Shown: positions 37,857 to 49,904 of the stretch, piece after piece | Numbering within the stretch: position 1 is the first letter of the stretch | How the letters are laid out: every line of letters starts with the position of its first letter | Assembly (NCBI RefSeq): GCF_001194135.2 | Contig: NC_068981.1 | Span: 188,756,700-188,820,699 of the forward strand | DNA: 64,000 nucleotides | Source of the DNA: Octopus bimaculoides | Taxonomy: Eukaryota | Reading direction: 5' to 3' | Notes under the pieces: generated by a model | The model's database searches: none | The model's input: the letters and a program-made list of their open reading frames with translations, nothing else | What the model was told of the DNA's origin: nothing | Made by a program: the position numbers and the translations under genes

Positions 37857-37901
37857 CTCTCTGAAACATGTTGCTATATTTCTTACCTCGTCCAAATACA
37901 T
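37857..37901 (-). CDS. candidate first coding exon end (MYLDE| or MFQRx|) with two donors 30 nt apart
   Basis: ATGTATTTGGACGAG|gtaaga and caacATGTTTCAGAGAG|gtgagt; CpG-containing unique sequence upstream; acceptor ccccttttacag at 38151. Confidence 0.3.
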
Positions 37902-38904
37902 ATGTTGAACTAATTAAATCACCTATTGAAGGGAAGTAACTCTTCAAGAATTAGTAACACCGAGATTTTTGAGATAATTTCAATTATCTTTTCCATTAAT
38001 TAACGATATTGAAATGACTATGAATGTAACAACCTCCCGTTTCCCCAACGCGTCAGACTTCAAACTCAAAAACCCAATTTAAAGGAAAAAAATATCGAAA
38101 GAAGTTAAGAAGTGGATTTCCTTCTTAGCAACATCTGTTTTCGTATGATTCTGTAAAAGGGGTTAAGCTATTATTACTGCTAGCAGTAAGTCTGCATATG
38201 AGTTCTGGGACACTGTTTATAATTCTGCTACAACTATTGCTGCTGCTACCATTATTACCACAAGCATTATCATCATCATCATTAACCTGTATCATGAATA
38301 TAAGTAGTAGTGCTGCAGGCGTTTGTTATGAGTATAGACAAGATCCTTAACTCTACTTCCTTGATTGCTCACATAAGAAATTGCTATTATCTTCAAACTA
38401 AGTTTACAATCTGTTCCCAATACACACAATTGTAGAAAAATCTTGCTGCATTTTTTCCAAGGATTCTTTTCAAAGGCAGAAATATCTTGAAATTTTTTCT
38501 TTCTTCTAGTGGGGTTTGTTGTTATTATAGCAGATTCTTACAAATATTTATTTTGAGAAGTGAATTGGCAAATGGAAAAGAGTGAAGATTTAAATAGTGT
38601 AAGAATATTTATCTCTTTATAGTCTGGTTCAAATTCTTTAGGTTCAGTAATACAAAATCCAGTGATATTATAAGAGTGAGTTTGTTATTATCATTACAGT
38701 TGTATGAAAACTCACAGCTTATTTTGCTGGGTATGATGGAAAGTGTCAGCTGTCCACAGCCAGCAGACCAAGGTGACACTTGCTTCCTGGTCATGCTTCA
38801 AGAACCCTGTGAAGAATTTTTGCAGTTCCAAGCAATGTAGATTTTTGTAGGTGTTGTAGCTTCACACATGCACCAATCTTTTTCAGCCATGTTGTTTATT
38901 ATTA

Positions 38905-39381
38905 TTATTATTATTATTAAATTCCACCGAGGTTGACTTTGCCTTTCGTCCTTTTGGGGTCGATAAATTAAGTACCAGTGAAACACTAGGGTTGATATAA
39001 TCGACTAGTCCCCTCCCCAAAATTTCAGGCCTTGTGCCTATAGTAGAAAGGATTATTATTATTATTATTACTATTATTGTGTCTCTTCTTTTCCAGTATA
39101 TACCATATGTACTTTTTTTTTATCATTTCATTATTATATTTAAACCCCCATACTTTATGTCTGTCTCTGTATTGTCCCCCCCCCCATCCTTCGCCCTTGT
39201 GGCAAATAAATGAAATTATTATTATTATTATTGAGTGAGAGAGCATTGCATGCCATCAAAGTGACACTGGAGTAAAATATACAAAGCCCAGTATACCCAT
39301 CATGACTACCCATCTGATAAGGGTACACTAGGCACATGAACGAAAACCATTGTGCATGACATAGTGATCTCATATCAATAC

Positions 39382-39423
<42 letters not shown>

Positions 39424-40495
39424 CATCATTGTTGTTCTTGTTAAGGTGACAAGTTGGCAGAATTGTTAGCAAGCCAGTCAAAGTGCTTAGCAGCTTTTCA
39501 TTTGTCTTTATTTTCTGAGTTCAAATTCTGCCAAGGTTGATTTTATCTTTCAACCTTTCAGGGCCAGTAAAATAAATCCCAGTTGAGCACTGGGGGTCAA
39601 TATAATCAACTTATTCCCTCCCCAAAATTGTTGGCCTTGTGCCAAAATTTGAAACCATTATTAATTATTGTTGTTATTATTATTAATAAGGTGAAGAAAG
39701 GTGGTGGAGCTAGCAGAATTGTTAGTATGCCGGACAAAATGGTTCGTGGCATTTCGTTTGTCCTTACGTTCTGAGTTCAATTTCTGCTGAGATCAACTTT
39801 GCCTTTCATCCTTTCGGGGTCGATGAAATAAGTACCAGTTATGCACTGGGGTTAATTAGCCCTCACCCCTGAACTTTCTGGCCTTGTGCCTAGTGTAGAA
39901 AAGATGATTAAGAAGGTGGTGAGCTGACAGAGTTGTTAGCATTGCTAGACAAGCTTACTAACATTTCTTGCAACTCTTCATGTTCTGAGTTCAAATGTCA
40001 TTCTGCTCAACTTTGCCTTTCGTTTTTTTTCAAGGTTGATGAACTAAAGTACCAGTTAAGTACTGGGGCCGATGTAATCAACTCACTTGCTCCTTCTAAA
40101 ATAGCTAGCCTTGTCCTGTTCCTATCAAAACTTTGCTCTGTTTGACAACTAGAATTAAATGAGGCTGATGTCAGTGCTGTCTGACTGGCTCCTGTGCTAG
40201 TGGCATGCAATAAGCACCTTTCATGCGTAGGTCATTGCCAGTGCTGCCTGTCTGGTTTCCCGTGCTAGTGGTAGGTAAAAAGCACCATCCGAACGTAGCC
40301 GATGCCAGTGCTGCCTGTCTGGCTCCTGTGCCAGTAACATGTTCTGACTTCAAATTCCGCCGAGGTCACCTTTGTCCTGTGTCCTTTCAGGGGTCAATAA
40401 ATGAAGTACCAGTGAAACACAGGGGTTGACGTGATCGACTAGTCCTCCTCCCCCAATGTTTCAGGCCTTGTGCCTTTAGTAGAAAGGATTATTAT
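38905..40495 (+). mobile_element. cluster of about five family B SINE copies separated by (ATT)n, plus family A modules
   Basis: ttctgagttcaaat..ttgcctttcatcctttcggggtcgataa..aagtaccag recurs near 38920, 39515, 39770, 39985 and 40345. Confidence 0.8.
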
Positions 40496-40504
40496 TATTA
40501 TTAC

Positions 40505-40775
40505 TCATCATCATCATCATCATCGTCGTCGTTTAATGTCCACTTTCCATGCTGCCATGGGTTGGACAGTTTGATTGAGGGCTGGCAAGCCAGAAGGCTG
40601 CACCAGGCTCCAATCTGATCTGGCAGAGTTTCTACAGCGGGATGCCCTTCCTGATGCCAACCACTCTGAGAGTGTAGTAGGTGCTTTTTATGTGCCACCA
40701 GTACGAGGGCCAGTCAGGCAGTACTGGCATCAATCACACTTGAATGGTGCTTTTTACATGCCACTAGCACAGGAT
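40505..40775 (-). mobile_element. SINE family A with upstream modules
   Basis: (CAT)n tail and reverse-complement core. Confidence 0.85.
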
Positions 40776-42417
40776 AATAATAATAATATCATTTTTAATT
40801 TTAATATCATTATTACCGTTTGTCAGAATTGGTAAAACTCAAACCAAAACATTTTGCAATGTTTAGTGTTTTTAAAGAGAAAACTGCAAAGAGTAGAACA
40901 GTGTTCATTTTACCCTATCATAAAAAAAGGCTCATAGCCAGAAAGAAGAGTGATGCGGTGTGGTATTCTGTTGATGCTTGCTTTAATTTGTTGATATGTG
41001 AGATAGAATGGGAATACTTTGACTGTTAATGGTACAGCATTTGTCCTTCTGCTTCTGCATTCTTAACAACTCCAAATTACCAATTATTTTAGATTGCTTT
41101 TGAGAAATGCTGTGGTCTCTTGATATTTCAATCACAATTCTGAAACAGATATTTCTTTATTAACTGCCATCATGTTGAGTTATTTACTTCAGTACTATCC
41201 AATAAGGTAACATCTACATTATTTCTCAACCTGCTAGAAATAACAGTCAAATTTTCCTCAAATAACACCATGTATCTCATCTATAACACCAAACTTGTTT
41301 CTGTTCCCCTTTCATACATTAACCTCTCAACACCTAGAATGAATCTGCCTCGCATACATGACTGTTTTAAAAGTAGAATGGCACATTGGATACTTTTGTC
41401 TTAAATATACAAACCATGGGTATGTCACACCTGGAAAGCCCCGTCACCAACGACATTGTTCAACCAAGGTTGACTAGAGGCTAAACAGAAACATGATCTA
41501 ATTGTATACTTCATTCCTTTAATATTTCTCTTATGCATAACATTTTGAAAAACATGATATCCATATTTTTGTCACAGAATCCAACGAAGTGTAAGCATGA
41601 TATTTTTATGGGAAAGTATATGTAATGATTCTGGTAAGCAGTTTGATGCCAATGTCCTTTGAGTCACATTTTCAGTCTTCTTAATTTGAACCTCACAGAT
41701 AAGATACTTTTTTTGATTAAGCTTTTGACTGGGGTAGCTACAAGAAGACTCTCTGTTTCTTTGCTCAATCAATACCAAGATTTATCTATCTTTATCTCAC
41801 TTGTCTCTTTCAAATAGGCACATTTCCTTTCATCTCTAATTGTTCTCTTCCTAATTATGCTTTATATTTTTACCTTGTTTATAATATTATTCCTGTTGAG
41901 GCTGACATTGGTTGCTACACACCTCAATTATAGGTTTTTCACTAATTGCATGATAAAAATCTATATTTCACCTTCAGTTCATTCTACGCATTGTTCAAAC
42001 TTTATTAAACTCCAGATTATTTGTCCATTTAAAACTTGTCGTATTGAATCGCACAGAAAGGCCTCCATATATTGCCATAATAGAATCGTTGACCTAATAA
42101 CATGTCTATTCTGTACTCATCAAATTAATGACTACTGCAGTGTATTGCATAACTGTCTCGCATTTAATTGATTAAATAAGGTTATGGGCATTGGCTGTTG
42201 CTCTGAACAATAGCTTTCACCATAAGTGTGTGTGTGTGTGTGTATGAATGCACGTGTGTCTGTGTATGTATATGCATGAATGTGTTTAATCCCATTGTGT
42301 GATATCTTGGGTATGTGTCTTCTATTATGGCTTCATGTTGATTGGTACCTTGTGACTGACATTTGGTTGATAGAAACTGCAGAAACCTATGTTATATATA
42401 TATATGTATATATATAT

Positions 42418-42590
42418 CACTAACCACTACACACATTTCTTTTCTCTCCTTGTTTCTTTCTGTGTTCCTTTCTGTGGAAGAGCATAGGCTCGGAACGTTA
42501 AAGACTTTTTCAATTCCTGACCGTTAAACTAATACATCCATTTGTTTTCTACACCACCTGTCTTCGTCTTTTGTTTTTTTTGTGAATTCT
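42418..42590 (+). mobile_element. short pyrimidine-rich PLE-like 3' element embedded in (TA)n
   Basis: Bounded by TA runs on both sides; contains a hammerhead-like motif. Confidence 0.5.
42468..42503 (+). ncRNA. degenerate hammerhead-like motif
   Basis: CUUU-CUGUGGA-A-GAGC(AUAG)GCUC-GGAA-CG-UU-AAAG; stems pair but two core positions deviate. Confidence 0.4.
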
Positions 42591-43379
42591 CCATATATAT
42601 ATGGTAATTTAAAAATAGCTAAATTACTTGAAACAAGAGCTAAAGTTTCATAACCTCCCAGTATGTTGTTACAAAAGTCCTAGAAAATACACAGTAAATC
42701 TTGTATTTAGATTTTTAACTNNNNNNNNNNNNNNNNNNNNNNNNNNNNNNNNNNNNNNNNNNNNNNNNNNNNNNNNNNNNNNNNNNNNNNNNNNNNNNNN
42801 NNNNNNNNNNNNNNNNNNNNNNNNNNNNNNNNNNNNNNNNNNNNNNNNNNNNNNNNNNNNNNNNNNNNNNNNNNNNNNNNNNNNNNNNNNNNNNNNNNNN
42901 NNNNNNNNNNNNNNNNNNNNNNNNNNNNNNNNNNNNNNNNNNNNNNNNNNNNNNNNNNNNNNNNNNNNNNNNNNNNNNNNNNNNNNNNNNNNNNNNNNNN
43001 NNNNNNNNNNNNNNNNNNNNNNNNNNNNNNNNNNNNNNNNNNNNNNNNNNNNNNNNNNNNNNNNNNNNNNNNNNNNNNNNNNNNNNNNNNNNNNNNNNNN
43101 NNNNNNNNNNNNNNNNNNNNNNNNNNNNNNNNNNNNNNNNNNNNNNNNNNNNNNNNNNNNNNNNNNNNNNNNNNNNNNNNNNNNNNNNNNNNNNNNNNNN
43201 NNNNNNNNNNNNNNNNNNNNNNNNNNNNNNNNNNNNNNNNNNNNNNNNNNNNNNNNNNNNNNNNNNNNNNNNNNNNNNNNNNNNNNNNNNNNNNNNNNNN
43301 NNNNNNNNNNNNNNNNNNNNNNNNNNNNNNNNNNNNNNNNNNNNNNNNAATGGTCAGTGGAAGGTCAGCAGGCAGTTTT

Positions 43380-43982
43380 TGAGTATGTGTGTGTTCGTGT
43401 GTGTGTTTGTGTGGGGTTGTAGGTGTTGGGTACGTGTGTGTGTGTATTTTGTACGTGCGCGTGTGTGTATGTGTATGTTTTTGTGCGTGCGTGTGTGTTT
43501 GTGTGTATGTGTATGTTGTGTGTATGTGCGTTGCTGTGTACGTGTGTGGATGTGCGTGTGTGTGTGTGATTGTGATGTGTGTGGGGTTGTGATACGGGTG
43601 TGTGTGTGTTTATGTGTGTCTGTATGTGTGTGCCCGTGCGCGTGTGTGTATATTTTTTCTGCGTGCGTGTCTGTGTATATTGTGTATGTTTTCGTGCATG
43701 CGTGTGTGTTGTGTATGTGAGTGAGTATTGTGTATGTGAGAGGTGTGTGTGCATGTGTGTGTATGTGTATGTGTGTACGTGTATGTGTATGTGTGTGTAT
43801 GTGAGAGGTGTGTGTGCGTGTGTGTATGTGTATGTGTGTGTTTATGTGTGTGTGCATGCATATGTGTGTGCGTGCGTATGTGTGTGAGAGCGTAAGGATG
43901 TGTGCCAGGTATGTGAGGTGTGTGTGAATGGGGGTATGTATGGGTTGTCAGGTGTGTGGGAGGTATGTGTGAAGGGGGTATA
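43380..43982. repeat. long degenerate (TG)n low-complexity tract
   Basis: Explains the VC- and HT-rich ORFs in the track. Confidence 0.9.
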
Positions 43983-44424
43983 NNNNNNNNNNNNNNNNNN
44001 NNNNNNNNNNNNNNNNNNNNNNNNNNNNNNNNNNNNNNNNNNNNNNNNNNNNNNNNNNNNNNNNNNNNNNNNNNNNNNNNNNNNNNNNNNNNNNNNNNNN
44101 NNNNNNNNNNNNNNNNNNNNNNNNNNNNNNNNNNNNNNNNNNNNNNNNNNNNNNNNNNNNNNNNNNNNNNNNNNNNNNNNNNNNNNNNNNNNNNNNNNNN
44201 NNNNNNNNNNNNNNNNNNNNNNNNNNNNNNNNNNNNNNNNNNNNNNNNNNNNNNNNNNNNNNNNNNNNNNNNNNNNNNNNNNNNNNNNNNNNNNNNNGGA
44301 AGGGATGAAATAAATTGTGGAAAATTGTAGTGATTGTAATAAAAAAGTGAATAATGGATATAATGTAAAGTGGATGAGGGGGGTGGGGTAAAAAAAAAGT
44401 GTTGCATTGTCGTAAAGGGGAGAG

Positions 44425-44680
44425 TCATAAGGAGGAGGGGGCTGTGTTGAGTCCGAAGGGGAAAGATGATCTAAGGTTAAAAATATAGCACTGTTCCAAG
44501 TGGAGTCGTGAGGGAGTGGACCCATGGTGCAGGGCGAGGCCAAAAATGGAGATGTTAGAGGGGGAGTGGTTGGCCAAGTGGNNNNNNNNNNGAGGCCAAA
44601 AATGGAGATGTTAGAGGGGGAGTGGTTGGCCAAGTGGAAGTGACGGGCGACGGGGGAGTCCGAACCTAACCGAACGTACA
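44425..44680 (-). mobile_element. Penelope-like element, C-terminal GIY-YIG endonuclease fragment
   Basis: After collapsing the 46-bp overlap around the 10-N gap the frame reads VRLGSDSPVARHFHLANHSPSNISIFGLALHHGSTPSRLHLEQCYIFNLRSSFPFGLNTAPSSL*, matching PVARHF..NHS..D..I.GL...R..LEQ..IF.L....P.GLN. Confidence 0.8.
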
Positions 44681-45152
44681 CTAGCTGTTGGACCCAGAGT
44701 TGCTCGTGTTTTCCATGTGTTGAAGTTAAGCCCACCACTGACCTTGTATTGAAATCACCTACGTTCCCCCGTGCCAACTATTACCCATTAAGTTGTTATA
44801 TTTGGTCCGGTAGGCTGTTGCAGAATGAGTAGATGCGTAGCAGGTGGAGGAAACGTGGTCAGAGCAGGCGACAGAGTTTTGTTGACAGAGTTTTGTTGAC
44901 GGAGCGGTGTTTTTGCAGTCGCCACTGCTGTGTTCAATGGTGCAGGCATAAACTGACATCAACTCACTGCCATGAACCTCGTTCACTCATCGATTGTCAT
45001 CAAAATTGGGCAAAAAATACAAAAGCTGCAGAAAAAATAACATCGTTATGGGAATTTCCATTCAAACGCCCGATTGAGTTCACAAAAATTGATGCCAACT
45101 GAGCATTAACGAGCTTTCGAAAAGTTCCAACCTTATTTGAACTTTAGGACAT

Positions 45153-45413
45153 GATTGTTGCTATTATGCTAAACTGTCATATGTCCAAATTTGACCAAAT
45201 GTGTTTTTTTTTTTTCAATATTTATTTTTTCTTGCAATATCCAGTTCTTTTGGTCAAACTGTCTTATCTCCAGCTGCTTCAGATGCCAAGATATCAGAAA
45301 TTGTCAAAGTGTAGTACAACAGTTTTGCTATGGAATGGTGAAACTATTTCTTTGTTTTCTGAAAAAGCAATGTTTTGGACTTACAACACTTTTGCATAAT
45401 AACAGCAATATAT
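45153..45413. mobile_element. Tc1/mariner-like MITE
   Basis: TIRs ttgttgctattatgctaaa / ttttgcataataacagcaa; copy of 31181-31452. Confidence 0.75.
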
Positions 45414-45870
45414 ACATGTGTATGTGTGTGTGATGTCAGAATTTTATAAACTTTTGAGAGAATGTGAAATAATTTTTTCTTTGGTTTTGAGATAATGGCT
45501 CTTGAATCACATCACATAAAGTTGTAAATAATAGCATGTACGTGTGGGGTTGGAAAACTCTTTTGAATCATTTTCTACAGGAGATGTGGGTTTGTGTCCT
45601 ATGGACAGCCTTTGACTTTTTCAACTCAAAAGAGTTTTTCAACCCAATATTTAAATATTATTGTCCATAGTTTTACTTCATGTGCCCCAAGAGCCAATGT
45701 TGCAAACAAGAAATATATGTATATATATATATAATAATATTAGGGACAAAATCCTTTACTTTGCTTTATATTATACTCATTTATTGTGCTTTTAATTGTT
45801 AATTTTTCTATATGTGATAGTGGATTTTCTTCGATGAGTTCTTGAAACTTGGTTATTTTCCCTAAAACTA

Positions 45871-45917
<47 letters not shown>

Positions 45918-46123
45918 AATTTCATAATGATAAGCATAATTATAATTAGGGTTCAGCAAAATTGCTTCACCACATACTGAAATTTAGAAAAAGCAGTTAA
46001 TGACTGAAACAAGTAAAAGAGTATATATATATGTACATGTGTGTGTGTGTGTGTGTGTGTCTGTGTGAGTGTCTGTGTTTAGATAGATAGATAGATAGGT
46101 AGATAGAGGTATGTTTGCATGCA

Positions 46124-46160
<37 letters not shown>

Positions 46161-46399
46161 ACGCGTCTGTTGATCCATGTCTGTGTTTATGTGTATGTCG
46201 GTCTAAAAGTCTGCGTTGTCTATATATTTCCCTTTATATCCTATAATATAGCTGTTCAACAAACAGAGATTAATAAAAGAAAACGAGAGGGTCGATTCAT
46301 GAAATAAATATAGGAATCAATATCATTCACTAAGCCCTTGATGGGGATGCAATGAACCAGTGACTGAAGCCAGTAAAAGAACAGAAGAATGTATGCGTG

Positions 46400-46400
46400 T

Positions 46401-46457
<57 letters not shown>
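46400..46457. repeat. (CA)n microsatellite
   Basis: Pure run. Confidence 0.95.
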
Positions 46458-46459
<2 letters not shown>

Positions 46460-47362
46460 TTCCTTTCTCTTTTTTTTTTCTGTCCAATCAAATTCTAAAC
46501 TTTTATACTCATTTTTTTTTCTCTAATCTCGTCTATAAAAAAATATAAAATAAATGTGAATAGTGTTAGACCTGTACATAAAAACACTCCTTTCATCAAT
46601 TTAGCAAGTATTTCCCAAAGGTGCTATAAAATCAACCAGCTGTTTGGCACCACATGAATGTTAGTTATCAAGGTGCATATTGCAAAGTTATTGAGTGCAG
46701 ATGATTTTTGAACAAGGTTCCTAAAATAATTACCAAGAAGTGAGTTCAAGCTTGGCACAAGTGGAATCTATTACGCAAAACCCAAAGAAGATAAATCTTT
46801 TACCAGGTATATAGGCTTTTGGTAATCACATTCAAGAGGTGATTCCCCTATTTATCTTCTTGGAGGAATGCTCCAAGAAAAAAAAAAAAAAAAATTGACA
46901 GAGTTTTCTGTATTTTGTTGGGAACGAAGACACAAAGGAAAAACTATGAAATAATGTTAACTTTAGATAGAAGAGTTTCTTTTACAAATTAATCTGAAAG
47001 ATGTAATTTTTGTTTAATAGAGAAAGTCTTATGTACTGCATCATCCTACATACATTTGTTTGCAGATATGGAAATACCAACTCATAACTTCCAAAAATAC
47101 CTGCTGACTCATCCATAGAACACAGTGCTATTTTGTCATCACACATTACAAGACTCTGCACTGAACACCTCTATTGTCTCTTGTTTTAATGTTCCCTAAT
47201 AACATAGGCATTGCATACATCCCACACACATGCAATATTTGGTGGATAAATATAGTTATATAGATGAGTGTAGATAACAAAAATTGACAAATGCTGGCTT
47301 AACTAGCGATCCATTAAATTCTGATAGTATTCAAATCAAATATGTTATACTCCATATATTAC

Positions 47363-47368
47363 CTCTTT
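47363..47368 (-). CDS. candidate 6-nt microexon AAAGAG
   Basis: Minus strand tgtgtgc-poly(T)-gcag|AAAGAG|gtaata. Confidence 0.2.
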
Positions 47369-47395
47369 CTGCAAAAAAAAAAAAAAGCACACATT

Positions 47396-47607
47396 CTATT
47401 CTTTTACTTGTTTCAGTCATTTGACTGCGGCCATGCTGGGGCATTGCCTTTAGTCGAGCAAATTGATCCCAGGACTTATTCTTTGTAAACCTAGTACTTA
47501 TTCTATCGGTCTCTTTTTGCCGAACTGCTAAGTTACGGGGGACGTAAATACACCAGCATCAGTTGTCAAACGAAGTTGAGGGGACAAACACAGACACACA
47601 AACATAT

Positions 47608-47655
<48 letters not shown>

Positions 47656-47818
47656 GATGGGCTTCTTTCAGTTTCCGTTTACCAAATCCACTCACAAGGC
47701 TTTGGTCGGCCTGAGGCTATAGTAGAAGACACTTGCCCAAGGTGCCACACAGTGGGACTGAACCAAGAACCATGTGGCTGGTGAGCAAGCTACTTACCAC
47801 ACAGCTACTCCTGCGCCT
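47396..47818 (-). mobile_element. SINE family C, full length, low divergence
   Basis: Head ggcgcaggagtagctgtgtggtaagtagc through the gtaaaag tail. Confidence 0.9.
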
Positions 47819-49785
47819 ATAACTATTGTAAATACCTCAAACTATTGTAAATATTATTTTTTACATGAGTCTTCTTGTGTCTAGTAGCATAAGCATTAGT
47901 GAGCATTTCTGTAGCTAAGCTTAAGCAAGAATTATATAGCTTAGTTTAAACTATCAAGTTTGTGTAGATTGAAATTGTTTGTAAGTAAAAACATTTTCTT
48001 TTTCTCACATTTATTCAATAATTAAAAAAGGATGTTGTTTTGCAAACAGACTTGTTTCTTGTTGTTCTGTAATCTATAATGAATATGAATAACTAGATTG
48101 TTTTCATATTTAATGAGTATATTGCAACAGAAGCATTTCTCATTTCCTTCTGCAACATCGAAGAACTTGAATTCTTTATAAGCCTAGTACTTATTCTGTT
48201 GGTCTCTTATGCCGAACTGCTAAGTTACGGGGACATAAACACACCAGCATCAGTTGTCAAGCAATGATGGGGAGACAAACGCAGACACACACACACACAC
48301 ATATTAAAATTAATTTGTGAAGGTGTCATTAATTTTATTATCATCCAATGTAACTATTTTAAGAATGATAATAACAGAATCAATGACACAGGCGACAGCA
48401 GGCCAAAAATAGCATTAAATAGCCGAGGGATTAAAATTAATCAAAAAGGATATACTAAGTACGTCTATCTGCTTGAAATAACAGTCAAAACTCATTATTA
48501 AATCGCCAAAAATACACTGGTGATAACTACAGAAATCAAACGAGGGCAAATTCGGTTAAGACAATCTACTTACATACATTTAAGTATTTGGATTCACGTA
48601 GACTAGTTTTTGCACTGGCAAAATAAGCCTTAGCTTCTTCAGCACATATATATAAAATTTAGGTTCAGGTGAATATGGTACTTAAGTTTAGGCGCCAGAA
48701 TTTAGTATGGTATTATCTATACAGTTTCAAAATAAGGTGATTAAAGTCAAAATAAGCAACAAGGATATCCAAAGTTAATGCACTACGATCGTTTCATGCG
48801 ACTCCATTTAATTAAGCAATGTGAACATTACATCAAATATAAAATGCAGAGCAATCCTCAGCTGCACAAAGATATATTGGTGTTGTGTGTGACTCTGAAC
48901 ATATTTAAAAAAAAACCCACTGAATCTATTGATGGATGTTGCAATTATTTCTGTATGTATGTGTTTTTGATACTTGTCCAGACGAGTAAGAATCATAGTG
49001 CTTGTAAAATGTCATTGTAGTAGTAACCAGCAATGATGTATATGTGTCATGGAGGTGGTTCTTCATACAGTGACAAGAACGGAAGGGGTTGAGGCATGTG
49101 GTTACAAGAAAATGTTACAAGTCAAGGCGATTTTTCAGTTTTTCAGTATTCCTTTTATATTATGCAGGCAGTCTATGTGCTGTATGCCTGGTTGTTTTGT
49201 TAGTGTGATTTTAATAATGTTTCTTTGGCTTATTACATTAACAAAAATTCAAGAAAGTGTTTTCAGTGTTATATTATAGAAAGTTTAGGTTATTGTGTAT
49301 GTGTTGAATTTAATTTTGTACATCTTTATGAATAAAAAACATGTTTATAAATGAATTCTGTGAAAGTCTGTGATGTCAGGAATATCAAAAACAGAGCTTC
49401 TTGCTTGATTTTCTAATATTGTTGTCTTTGTCATTAGAATTGCAAAGTTGTTCAACTTTCTGTAATATCTGCAAACATGACTGAATTTTGAGGTATAAGA
49501 ACCTGTTACATTATGAGTTTTAGCTTCCATCTTTCAACAATATTTGCTTCTTGAGTTAGGAGAGAATTTCACATGAACTGAAATTTCGTTCTTTGATTGG
49601 TATTAAAGTCATGACCATCCTGCCTTCTTTTCCATTATATCTGGTATAATCTATTTTGAAGGTAGTAATGTAGTATTTTAAGGAAAATTTGGCTACCATT
49701 CCTTGCTGGTCAACCAGCTGTATGGAGGCATATTTACTCACACAAGACATCAAAGTGAACTGAGGCAGTGTTGTAAAAGTCTGTC

Positions 49786-49904
49786 AGGGGCCACCAAAAG
49801 GATGCTTGAAGGCTGCCAAAAGGTTGCTTGAGGGCCATAAGAAGGATGCATGAGGGCTGCCAAAAGGTTGCTTGAGGGCTGCCAAAAGGATGCTTGAGGG
49901 CCGC
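49786..49904. repeat. 22-bp minisatellite gagggctgccaaaaggatgctt, about 5.4 units
   Basis: Direct reading; lies inside a probable hAT-like MITE ending ttgagaactactg at 49938. Confidence 0.85.

Noticed and set aside
40170-40335. CRISPR-like array of palindromic ~65-bp units (also the 22-bp array at 49786)
   Set aside because: Eukaryotic context, no unique spacers, no cas genes; the units are SINE modules or a minisatellite.
48574-48680. Minus-strand exon candidate (AKAYFASAKTSLRESKYLN)
   Set aside because: The longer reading needs a frameshift in a TA run and the remaining acceptor is weak.
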